A stretch of DNA of 64,000 bases, taken from the NCBI GenBank assembly GCA_965205265.1, contig CBDBGH010000003.1, positions 1,920,001-1,984,000 of the forward strand. Direction: 5' to 3'. Numbering within the stretch: position 1 is the first letter of the stretch; each line of letters starts with the position of its first letter. Shown here piece by piece: positions 1 through 7,875 of the stretch. The notes under the pieces were generated by a model. It saw nothing but the letters and a program-made list of their open reading frames with translations. It had not been told where the DNA came from and ran no database searches. The stretch is from Alphaproteobacteria bacterium (GTDB lineage Bacteria > Pseudomonadota > Alphaproteobacteria > Bin95). Position numbers and translations under genes: made by a program.

Positions 1-2
1 TT

Positions 3-209
3 CGCGGCTTACAAGACACGGTCAGGCGTCTTCCTCAATTTCCGCTCGGCGACGGCCACAGTTACGCCCCGCTACCGGACGGCACGAACATTGTGACGAT
101 GGCTGACGGCACAATGCGGCTTGCGTTGCCTGCGGAGGTTTCGTTTGAGGCTTCTGCTGGACTCCCAGAGGTCAGATTTTCTCCGGTTGGGGAACACAGC
201 GATGCGTAG
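3..209 (+). CDS. 3' end of a hypothetical protein running in from the left edge
   Basis: Open frame from base 3 (RGLQDTVRRLPQFPLGDGHSYAPLPDGTNIVTMADGTMRLALP...) to TAG at 207-209; protein-like composition; converges on the lipoprotein gene. Confidence 0.45.
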   Translation, partial: RGLQDTVRRLPQFPLGDGHSYAPLPDGTNIVTMADGTMRLALPAEVSFEASAGLPEVRFSPVGEHSDA

Positions 210-242
210 CTTGCTTCCGCTGCCCCTCTGTGCCGGGGAGGC

Positions 243-274
243 TCCCCGAGGGGGAGGAACAGGACCCTCGGGGA
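243..274. terminator. Hairpin between convergent genes (possible bidirectional terminator)
   Basis: TCCCCGAGGG (243-252) / CCCTCGGGGA (265-274) inverted repeat; no clear U-tract. Confidence 0.3.
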
Positions 275-285
275 ACCGGACCCGG

Positions 286-1119
286 CTATTGTCGAGTCAA
301 CGAAAACGCGCCTGCGATTCCGCTGCGCTCGAACACGCCGCCGGCCTCTTCGTGATTCGGGCCGTAGAACCGTCCCTCAAGCCCACCGCTGCCGCTGAAC
401 TCACCACCCCGCATCGAGATGCCTTGCCAGCTAATGTCGCTGCTGCGAGTGCCGGAAGTGTCGGCAATGTTCGTGAACGCGAGGTCGAGGGTCTCCGCCG
501 CAAGGTTGGCGGTCATCGCTGCGTCGCCAGTGACTTCTCGGCCGAGACTCGAACTGCCGACCCTCACGCCGGCCATCGCGCCTGTCCATATCGCGCTGCC
601 GGAGACCGGGTTCGACCCGCTGCCCATCCCGAGGGACGCGGGAAAGGCGAACTGGACGTCAACGCCTTGAATGGTCGTCGAGCCGCGAAGCGGCGTCCCG
701 GCGTTGTAGTTTCCCCAAACGCCGAAGGTGTTGAAGTTGAAGCCATCACCGCTGGCGGTCGCCCGGCCTGTCTGTACACCGTTGCGAGTCTGCTGGCCGG
801 TGATCGTCACGGCCGGCCCGTTCGGATCGACATCGCGCAGATCGAGCGTTGCGCTCTCGCCTTGGAATGTCACCGTGCAGGTCGAGCCGCTGCATGATGA
901 GTTCGCCCGGAACAACGAGCCTTGCACGGCAATGAGTACATCGCCGACAACGACGGTGTCGGGCGCGGCGCCGGGGTCCGTAGGGGTCGTGGGGGCTGGC
1001 GGGTTGCCGGGGCCGGTCGGCCCTCCGTTCATGGCGGTTCCGCCGCCTCCCCCGCCTCCGCAGGATGCGAGAACGAAAACAGCGGCCAACGCCGCCAGAG
1101 TGCGAAAAGTCATGGACAT
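286..1119 (-). CDS. Surface lipoprotein with transferrin-binding-protein-like (TbpB/Slam-substrate type) C-terminal beta-barrel
   Basis: Lipobox LASC followed by GGGGGG and a Pro-rich linker; C-terminus GLEGRFYGPNHEEAGGVF...GAF is typical of TbpB-type barrels. Confidence 0.75.
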   Translation of the reverse strand: MSMTFRTLAALAAVFVLASCGGGGGGGTAMNGGPTGPGNPPAPTTPTDPGAAPDTVVVGDVLIAVQGSLFRANSSCSGSTCTVTFQGESATLDLRDVDPNGPAVTITGQQTRNGVQTGRATASGDGFNFNTFGVWGNYNAGTPLRGSTTIQGVDVQFAFPASLGMGSGSNPVSGSAIWTGAMAGVRVGSSSLGREVTGDAAMTANLAAETLDLAFTNIADTSGTRSSDISWQGISMRGGEFSGSGGLEGRFYGPNHEEAGGVFERSGIAGAFSLTRQ

Positions 1120-1324
1120 TCCCTTCCTGTTACACCCAGCGGAGTCGCCGGGCTGTTGCAGACATTCCCAGGAATCTGGAAGGTCCCCGCCTATTCGCCG
1201 GGTGCAGGGGAGCTACCCCAACACCGGGTTCCGGCTGTTCTATTCAGCGGGCAACCCGGCACAGGCCGAGAGCCCTAGGAATGTCTGCGAGAGTCAGTTT
1301 GCGGGGGGAAAATCATGGATGCAA
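1115..1324 (-). promoter_or_regulatory. Putative sigma70 promoter plus structured 5' leader of the lipoprotein gene
   Basis: Minus-strand TTGCAT (1324-1319)-N17-CAAACT (1301-1296); inverted repeat 1158-1168/1278-1288; GACATTCCC repeated at 1115-1123 and 1161-1169. Confidence 0.5.
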
Positions 1325-1360
1325 GCGGGGTATAGACAGGACCAAGAAGGAGTATCGGCC

Positions 1361-1570
1361 ATGACCAGAGGCGTTCCGGTGCTGGACCCGAAGGTTCACC
1401 TTGTCGGCGCAACGCCGGTGGCGCTCGCGCAGGCGCTGTTCCGCAACAAGAACCCGGCGCTACGCCCGGCCCGCGTTCGACAGGCCGTTGTCAGCGACGA
1501 GGTCGCGATAGAGAAGCCGGCGGCCGACGAAGCGGGCGACAGTGTCCCGCATCTGGGCGAGGGTTCCTGA
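1361..1570 (+). CDS. Small hypothetical protein (69 aa) convergent on, and overlapping, the IS1595 transposase 3' end
   Basis: AAGGAG RBS at 1347-1352 before ATG; helical N-terminal part ATPVALAQALFR. Confidence 0.45.
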   Translation: MTRGVPVLDPKVHLVGATPVALAQALFRNKNPALRPARVRQAVVSDEVAIEKPAADEAGDSVPHLGEGS

Positions 1571-2437
1571 GTCCCTGATGTTGTGCTTGCCGGCAAACTC
1601 ATCGGCATACCGATGCAGGTGCTTCGGGCTCATCTTGTGGAAGGTGCCCTTGTGAGCGCGCTTGAGCATCGACCAGAACGACTCCATGCCGTTGGTGTGG
1701 ATCATGCCGTCCACATATTCACCGACGCGGTGGTTGACCGACTCATGGGCGAAATCCGTACCGAGACCGACATAGCTGCGGTGTTCGTCGGTATAGACGG
1801 CCGCGCCGGGCTCTGCGTGTTCGCGCACGAAGCCTTGCAAAGTCGGCTTCTTCGTATCCGGCACGACTTCGACGCGGACCTCATTACTGTCGCGGTCCTT
1901 CATGCCGACAACCGCCGTCATGTGGGCCGTGCCTCCGCTTGTGAGCGTCTTGCGCTTCGCCTTCGGCATATTGACCTGACGACCGCCGAAATACGACTCG
2001 TCCACTTCTACCGGGCCGTCAAACTGCTCGTCGTCATCTTCAGCCCATGCCTGCCGGATGCGGTGAAGCATGAACCATGCGGTCGGCTGCGAAACGCCGA
2101 TGTCCCGCTGGAGTTTCATAGACGAAACCGACTTGAGCGAAGTCAGGACAAGGTAGATGGCAATCGCCCACTTGCGGAGCGAGACTTTCGACCGCTGCAT
2201 GGGCGTCCCGGTGCGGACAGAGAAGTAAGACCGACAGCCGCCGCACCAGTAGGGCATCGGCTTGCGGTTCTTCGTCTCCGTCGTCTCGGCATTGCCGCAA
2301 TGCGGGCAGTGCCGTCCCTTCGGCCAGATCGCTTCCTCGAACCATGCGGTCGCGGTCGCTTCATCGGGGAACATGTCAAACAGTTCAGGCAGCGTCAGCC
2401 CTTCGCGGTCGGCTCTTCCGGGGGCTTTCTTCGTCAC
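1460..2437 (-). CDS. IS1595-family transposase
   Basis: Zn ribbon CPHC...CGGC, HTH (GVSQPTAWFMLHRIR), catalytic motifs VEVDESYFGG / YTDE / HTNGMESFW; GTG start at 2437 with AAGGGAG RBS. Confidence 0.93.
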   Translation of the reverse strand: MTKKAPGRADREGLTLPELFDMFPDEATATAWFEEAIWPKGRHCPHCGNAETTETKNRKPMPYWCGGCRSYFSVRTGTPMQRSKVSLRKWAIAIYLVLTSLKSVSSMKLQRDIGVSQPTAWFMLHRIRQAWAEDDDEQFDGPVEVDESYFGGRQVNMPKAKRKTLTSGGTAHMTAVVGMKDRDSNEVRVEVVPDTKKPTLQGFVREHAEPGAAVYTDEHRSYVGLGTDFAHESVNHRVGEYVDGMIHTNGMESFWSMLKRAHKGTFHKMSPKHLHRYADEFAGKHNIRDSGTLAQMRDTVARFVGRRLLYRDLVADNGLSNAGRA

Positions 2438-2463
2438 GGGCGCGTCTCCCTTCAACACTCTGG

Positions 2464-2492
2464 AATATAGGGAGGATTGCAGCCCATGTCAA
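2464..2492 (-). promoter_or_regulatory. Sigma70 promoter of the IS1595 transposase
   Basis: TTGACA (2492-2487)-N17-TATATT (2469-2464); the -35 overlaps the inner edge of the TIR. Confidence 0.7.
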
Positions 2493-3424
2493 GTCATCTT
2501 TGTAATCCCCTCATGTTTTGTCATGGTCGGGTGCGAAACCGGGGTTTCGGGGCGGGTTGAAGGGGGCGGCCCATTCTCGAGCCGGTTGAGGCTGTCGGCC
2601 TGGCGGCGTTCGATGTTTTCCGGCGACCAGGGGTCGTGGATCTCGGCATAGCCGTTGCGGCGCTGGTAGAGCCAGTCGGTTTCCGCGCCCTCGGCCCTCT
2701 CCTCCTCGCCCGGGCGGTCGCCGTCGGCCCACTCGCCGGGGAACCGCTCCGGGTCGTAGGTGTCTTCGGGCGGGTCGTCAGCGAGGGGCAGGTCGTTTGC
2801 CGGAGGCGGCGGCGGGTCGAAGCGGACGGGCAGGCTCTCGCGCTCCTCGACGGCCGCCATGAGCCTTGCGGCAAGCTGCGCATGGGCGGCCCCGCCGAAG
2901 CCTTCCCCTGCCTCCATCGCCTCCCTGTTCCCGCAATGGCGGGCAAGGGCGCGCTCGGCGCGGGCACGGCCATTGCGCACGGCTTCGGCGAGGGGTCCCG
3001 GCACGGTGCCGGCCTCCTGCGCCTCGCCGGCCTCGATCTCCCCGAACTCGTCCTCCTCCGGCATCGACCAGAGCGCCGCCCGGTTGGCCGGCTGCGTCAG
3101 CCCCGCAATCTCCGCCTGGAAGCGGACGATCCGGACCATCATGTAGGCAGAGCCGCTCGCCACCGCCGCATCCCAGGCCTGCTCCAGGCGGGCGAGCACG
3201 ATCTGCGCCTCGTCCCTCTCGGTGCGCCGCCACGACATGCGGATGCGCCGCACCCGCTCGACGATCCAGGGGCGTTCCAGCAGGGCGGAGCCGGTCTGCC
3301 TTGCGGAGCGTTCGGCATAGCCGGCGCGCCTTGCGGCGTCTGCGGCATTGCCGGAGGCTGTGTAGTGGCGGCAGAAGGCTTCCTGCCGTGAGGAAAGGGA
3401 GAGGGTCGGGTCGAGCACGGGCAT
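2489..3424 (-). CDS. Orphan terminase small-subunit-like HTH protein; last codons run into the IS1595 end
   Basis: N-terminus LSSRQEAFCRHYTASGNAADAARRAGYAERSARQTGSALL matches the terminase small-subunit HTH pattern; AAGGAG RBS before ATG 3424; acidic/Pro-rich C-terminal half. Confidence 0.7.
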   Translation of the reverse strand: MPVLDPTLSLSSRQEAFCRHYTASGNAADAARRAGYAERSARQTGSALLERPWIVERVRRIRMSWRRTERDEAQIVLARLEQAWDAAVASGSAYMMVRIVRFQAEIAGLTQPANRAALWSMPEEDEFGEIEAGEAQEAGTVPGPLAEAVRNGRARAERALARHCGNREAMEAGEGFGGAAHAQLAARLMAAVEERESLPVRFDPPPPPANDLPLADDPPEDTYDPERFPGEWADGDRPGEEERAEGAETDWLYQRRNGYAEIHDPWSPENIERRQADSLNRLENGPPPSTRPETPVSHPTMTKHEGITKMT

Positions 3425-3680
3425 GGGTGCGGCTCCTTCGTTCCGGTTCGCGTTCATCCGGCACACTGCCCCGGCGGGGAGCGACCCTTATTCGCGCGTC
3501 ATCCTGCGCGGGCGCCTGTGCGCGGGCGGGCGCGTTTCGCGGCGGCGCGGTTCGCGCGCCTGATTGCCCGCGCGCGAGGCAGGCTGAGGACGCACTTCGC
3601 CTGTCGGCTGAATCGGGGTCGTTCCGCACCGGGCCGGCGCGGGCGGGAAGCGGTCCGCGCGGACTCCACTCCCTCGGACC

Positions 3681-3706
3681 ATCATAGCACATTTTCTGAA
3701 AATGCA
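3681..3706 (-). promoter_or_regulatory. Extended -10 promoter with overlapping palindromic operator
   Basis: Minus-strand TGcTATGAT (-10 at 3686-3681) and TTGCAT; perfect palindrome CATTTTC-T-GAAAATG at 3690-3704 in an AT-rich patch. Confidence 0.5.
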
Positions 3707-3864
3707 AGTCATATAGAGAAATATTACATAATTTTTACGAACAATTTGCTCCCTGTATCGACCGGCCGCCGGATTCATGCCGGATTGCGCCAGCGGCGCC
3801 CTGCTCCGGCCTAGTGCGGTATCCGCCCGGTGTGAAACGAGGAGCGCTTCCATCCGGGGGTCTA

Positions 3865-3996
3865 TCCTTCGATACGCCTCCCTCCGGTCGGCTACTCAGG
3901 ATGAGGGGAGGGGCGCGCAGGAGCGACCAGCCTTCATCTTCCCCTCATCCTGAGTAGCGCCGGCCTTCGCCCCGCGAAGGACGGCGCGTATCGAAG
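3865..3996. repeat. REP-like palindromic doublet (interrupted; final arm resumes at 6243-6252)
   Basis: TCCTTCGATACGC...GCTACTCAGGATGAGGGGA / TCCCCTCATCCTGAGTAGC...GCGTATCGAAG(GA) nested inverted repeats. Confidence 0.7.
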
Positions 3997-4240
3997 GGGG
4001 CTTATATGGATAGGTTGACAACAGGTTTGGGAGGCTTCGCACCTTCTCTCCGGCGTCCAACCCGCCCCCATATCGTCATACCCGGACTTGCTCCGGGTAT
4101 CCATGCGGCCGTCCGGCGGCAGCGGTGGAGAGAGATACCCGGAACAAGTCCGGGTATGACGGAGGGGACGTGACGGAGGGGGCGTTGAGGTATGACGGAA
4201 GAAATGTCGTCGGTCTCCCCCGTCAACCTATCTTTGTAAT

Positions 4241-6156
4241 CCTGACTTCGACGGTTGGGCTGACTTCTGACCGATCTCGCGTCTGGAGTTTTCAGTAAAG
4301 CCAATGAGTTGGCAGTTGCGGTGCGGTCAAGCTGCGTTGTAGTGCCTAGTAAATCTTTGAGACTGTCAATGCCTCCGCCACGCGCTACACTCCCCCCATG
4401 TTCGTGCGCATCAAGACCTCCCCCAACAGCCCGCGACGCTCGGTCCAGATCGTCGAGGCCGTGCGCGACGGCGGCAAGGTCCGACAGCGCATCGTCCGCC
4501 ATGTCGGCGTGGCCATGGACGAGGACGAGCTCGAGCGCCTGAGGCAGCTCGGCGAGTACGTCAAGGCGAAGCTGGAGGACGAGCGTCAGCCGGCATTGTT
4601 TGCGCCCGAGAAGATCGCTGAGCAGGCGATCCGTGTCGGCCGCCGGGGGGACGGCAAGGAGGAACTCCCGGTCGACCTCAAGCAGCTTGAAGAGGAGCAG
4701 CGCCTGATCACAGGCATCCACGAGGTCTATGGCGAGATCTACCGGCTGCTGGGCCTCGACGCGCTGCTGCCGCGCTCGCGCTACCGGGCCTCCCATGACG
4801 CGCTGTTCCATGTGGTGATGGCGCGGGTAGCCAACCCCGACAGCAAGCGGGGCAGCGTGCGCCGGCTCGAGGAGGACTTCGGCGTGAGTCTTCCGCTCGA
4901 GAAGGTCTACCGGATGATGGATCAGCTCGACGCGACGGTGATCGAGCGACTGCGCACGCGCGTCGGCGAGGCGAGCCGGTCGCTGCTGCCGGAGCCGGTC
5001 GCGATCCTCTTCTTCGATTGCACCACGCTCTACTTCGAGACGGCCGCCGAGGACGAGCTTCGCCAGCACGGCTTCAGCAAGGACGGCAAACACAAGGACT
5101 CGCAGGTTCTGCTGGCGCTGATGGTGACGCGCGAAGGGCTGCCGATCAGCTACGAGGTCTTCCCCGGCGCCACCTACGAGGGACACAGCATGGTCCCGGT
5201 CCTGCAGGACATGCAGCGCCGCCACCAGGTGGAGCGCACGGTATGCGTGGCCGACCGGGGCATGCTGAGCGCCGACAACCTCGACGCCATGGACGCCATC
5301 GGCGGCGAGTATGTCGTCGGCGCGCGGCTGCGCAAGCTGCCGCTCGCGCTGCTGGGGCAGGTTCTCGACCCCGGGACCTATGCCCCGCTGGAGGGCTCAC
5401 AGGACCGCCGGGTCGGCGAGTGGGAGTACAAGGGCCGTCGCCTGATCGTCGTCTTCTGCCCCCAGCGCGCACGCAAGGACGCGCACGAGCGCCGCCATCA
5501 GGTGGAACGCCTGCTCGACAGGCTGGCCCGCAGCGACAATCCCAGGGAACTGCTCTCCAATCACGGGGCGAAGCGCTTCATCGCCGTCGAGGGCGACGCA
5601 CGGCTCACGGTGAACCCGGAGAAGATCGCCGAGGCCGCACGATGGGACGGGCTCACCGGCGTCATCACCAATCTGCGCGACGCGCGCGTCACCGAAGTGA
5701 TGGCTCACTACCAGGGGCTCTGGCAGGTCGAGGAGAGCTTCCGGATCACCAAACACGACCTGAAGATACGTCCCATCTGGCACTGGAACCCGGACCGGAT
5801 CCGCGCTCACATCGCCATCGCCTTCCTGGCCTTCGCCTGCGTTCGACACCTTGCGTACCGCGTCGCCATCCAGAAGCGGCGGATGTCCCCGGAGGTCATC
5901 CGCTCCGCCCTCGTCCACCGCCAGTGCTCCCTGCTGCGCTGTCGGCAATCGGGCAACCGCTACGTCATCCCCTCGAAGCCGACACCGGCGGCGGAGCAGA
6001 TTTACGCAACCATGGGGCTGCCCCTGACGATCACCCCGTATCAACTCGCCTGACCGTCGACGAAGCACGGCTCGAAGAAATGCCGGATGTAGTGCCTAGC
6101 CGAAATGAGAACCAGGCAATATCAACTACTTATGCGAATCAACCGTCGAAGTCAGG
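4241..6156 (+). mobile_element. IS1634-family insertion sequence, copy 1 (1916 bp)
   Basis: 17-bp TIR CCTGACTTCGACGGTTG at both ends; 82-bp direct repeat 4159-4240 / 6157-6238. Confidence 0.93.
4398..6053 (+). CDS. IS1634-family transposase
   Basis: 551 aa; FFDCTTLYFE, GFSKDGK, VADRGM, YQGLWQVEESFRITK, IRAHIAIAFLA motifs. Confidence 0.92.
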   Translation: MFVRIKTSPNSPRRSVQIVEAVRDGGKVRQRIVRHVGVAMDEDELERLRQLGEYVKAKLEDERQPALFAPEKIAEQAIRVGRRGDGKEELPVDLKQLEEEQRLITGIHEVYGEIYRLLGLDALLPRSRYRASHDALFHVVMARVANPDSKRGSVRRLEEDFGVSLPLEKVYRMMDQLDATVIERLRTRVGEASRSLLPEPVAILFFDCTTLYFETAAEDELRQHGFSKDGKHKDSQVLLALMVTREGLPISYEVFPGATYEGHSMVPVLQDMQRRHQVERTVCVADRGMLSADNLDAMDAIGGEYVVGARLRKLPLALLGQVLDPGTYAPLEGSQDRRVGEWEYKGRRLIVVFCPQRARKDAHERRHQVERLLDRLARSDNPRELLSNHGAKRFIAVEGDARLTVNPEKIAEAARWDGLTGVITNLRDARVTEVMAHYQGLWQVEESFRITKHDLKIRPIWHWNPDRIRAHIAIAFLAFACVRHLAYRVAIQKRRMSPEVIRSALVHRQCSLLRCRQSGNRYVIPSKPTPAAEQIYATMGLPLTITPYQLA

Positions 6157-6425
6157 ACGGAGGGGACGTGACGGAGGGGGCGTTGAGGTATGACGGAAGA
6201 AATGTCGTCGGTCTCCCCCGTCAACCTATCTTTGTAATCTCCTATCGAAGGACGGCCGGACTTCCGGTTCAACATGAACGGGTCCTGCTCTAGCCGTTCG
6301 AGGGCGAGGACAGGCGGAGTCGGGGCGGCAGTCCTTGCGCCTCCTTTGTCACGATCCAACAAAGTCGGATGTCGCAATAATCCGGCCTATAGTTGTCGAA
6401 CGGACAAGGACAAGGAGCGTGCGAA

Positions 6426-6839
6426 ATGAGCGAAGAGACGCCAGGCCGCCGCGACCTTCTCGAACAGACTTCGAGAATCGTGTCGGCGCATGTCTCCAAC
6501 AATACGGTCGCGGTCAGCGATCTTCCCGATCTCATCCGGCAGGTTTACGGTGCCCTTGCAGGCCTCGGCGAACGCCCTCAGGGACCCTCCGAACGCCCGA
6601 TTCCCGCAGTTCCCATTCGCAGGTCCGTGATGCCGGACCACATCGTGTGCCTTGAAGACGGCAAGAAGCTCAAGATGCTCCGGCGCCATCTCAAGACCGC
6701 TTACAACATGACACCGGAAGAATACCGCGAACGCTGGAACCTGCCGGCCGACTACCCGATGGTTGCGCCCAATTATGCGGCCCAGCGGAGCGAGCTCGCC
6801 AGGAAAATCGGTCTCGGCCGCCGCACGACCCGCAGTTGA
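6426..6839 (+). CDS. mucR: MucR/Ros family transcriptional regulator
   Basis: IVSAHVSNN, PAVPIRRSV, IVCLEDGKKLKMLRRHL, YPMVAPNYA motifs. Confidence 0.92.
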   Translation: MSEETPGRRDLLEQTSRIVSAHVSNNTVAVSDLPDLIRQVYGALAGLGERPQGPSERPIPAVPIRRSVMPDHIVCLEDGKKLKMLRRHLKTAYNMTPEEYRERWNLPADYPMVAPNYAAQRSELARKIGLGRRTTRS

Positions 6840-6933
6840 CGGCGACTCGGCTCCGAAGCCGGAGAACGCGCGGCCGCACTAGGCGCGCCGCGCCGGGCCG
6901 GGTAAACTGACCCGGTCGGAGAAAGGCGCTGCG

Positions 6934-7875
6934 GTGGCTCTCAAGGTAAGGAAGGCGGTGAGTCGGGTGGTGCCGCGCAGACGGGTGACGCCGCCCGGCA
7001 AGCGCGGGCTCATCGTGCCGTTCTTCGGCCCGGCGGCGCGACGGCGGCGCGCAGCCCCCCTCGCCCAGCGCAGCCCGTTCATCGTCGAATCCGGCGATCT
7101 CGTCGTCCGACTGGCCCAGACGGATGCGGACATAGACGCTGCCCAGGCCCTGCGCTTCAAGGTCTTCTACGAAGAGATGACGGCGCAGCCGAGCCCGGCG
7201 ATTGCGGCGGCCGAGCGCGATTTCGACCGGTTCGATCCCTATTGCGACCACCTCATCGTCCTGGACCGGCGCCTCGGCAGCGGCTCGTCCGCCATCGTCG
7301 GCACCTACCGGCTGATGCGGCGCGATGCGGCGGCCCGCATCGGGCGCTTCTACACCCAGGACGAGTACAATATCCGCAAGCTGCTGCGCGGCGGGCGGCA
7401 GATCCTGGAACTCGGACGCTCCTGCGTCCATCCGGACTATCGCCGCCACCACACCATGCAGATGCTCTGGCGCGGCATTGCGCGCTATGTGACGCACTAC
7501 AATGTCAAGCTGTTGTTCGGCTGCGGCAGCTTTCCCGGCGCCGATCCGGAGGCGCATGCCCTGCCGCTCTCCTACCTGTATCACGAACATCTGGCTCCTC
7601 TTGCGGTTCGCCCGAAGGCGCTGCGCTCGCGCCATGTCGAGATGCGGCGCATAGCCCGCGAGGATATCGACGAAAGGAAGGCGCTCGCCGCCCTGCCGCC
7701 GCTCATCAAGGGCTATTTGCGCCTCGGGGGCGGAGTCGGCGACGGCGCGGTGATCGATGCCGAGTTCGATACCGTCGATGTCTGCATCGTCGTCCGCCCC
7801 GACGGCGTGACCGACCGCTATCTCAGGCGCTACAGCCGGGACGGCGAAGTCACGCGGGAGGCCCTGGCTTCGTGA
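6934..7875 (+). CDS. olsB: GNAT-fold ornithine N-acyltransferase (OlsB-like); start uncertain
   Basis: AQALRFKVFYEEM, DRFDPYCDHL, VGTYRL, ELGRSCV, LPPLIKGYLRLG; adjacent acyltransferase. Confidence 0.75.
   Translation: MALKVRKAVSRVVPRRRVTPPGKRGLIVPFFGPAARRRRAAPLAQRSPFIVESGDLVVRLAQTDADIDAAQALRFKVFYEEMTAQPSPAIAAAERDFDRFDPYCDHLIVLDRRLGSGSSAIVGTYRLMRRDAAARIGRFYTQDEYNIRKLLRGGRQILELGRSCVHPDYRRHHTMQMLWRGIARYVTHYNVKLLFGCGSFPGADPEAHALPLSYLYHEHLAPLAVRPKALRSRHVEMRRIAREDIDERKALAALPPLIKGYLRLGGGVGDGAVIDAEFDTVDVCIVVRPDGVTDRYLRRYSRDGEVTREALAS

Larger units (their letters stand above)
1460..2510 (-). mobile_element. IS1595-family element; transposase-proximal end at 2510, other end not found in window
   Basis: End reads GGGGATTACAAAGATGACTTGAC on the minus strand from 2510, closely resembling one MITE TIR; no copy of the flank TCATGTTT seen in 1-1460. 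Confidence 0.75.
3997..6242. mobile_element. 248-bp IS1595-type MITE, copy 1 (interrupted by IS1634)
   Basis: Imperfect TIRs GGGGCTTATATGGATAGGTTGAC / GGAGATTACAAAGATAGGTTGAC; 8-bp TSD TATCGAAG at 3989-3996 and 6243-6250; near-identical to 52191-52438. Confidence 0.88.

Noticed and set aside
2489-3424. Prophage
   Set aside because: No other phage genes anywhere in the window
4141-4200. Short GACGGAGGGG repeats as a possible CRISPR array
   Set aside because: Only 2-3 irregular 10-bp units inside the MITE, no spacers and no cas genes
4002-6193. Long alternative-frame and antisense ORFs in IS1634 (407 aa, 391 aa)
   Set aside because: High-GC shadow frames of the transposase; their ends differ between the two copies
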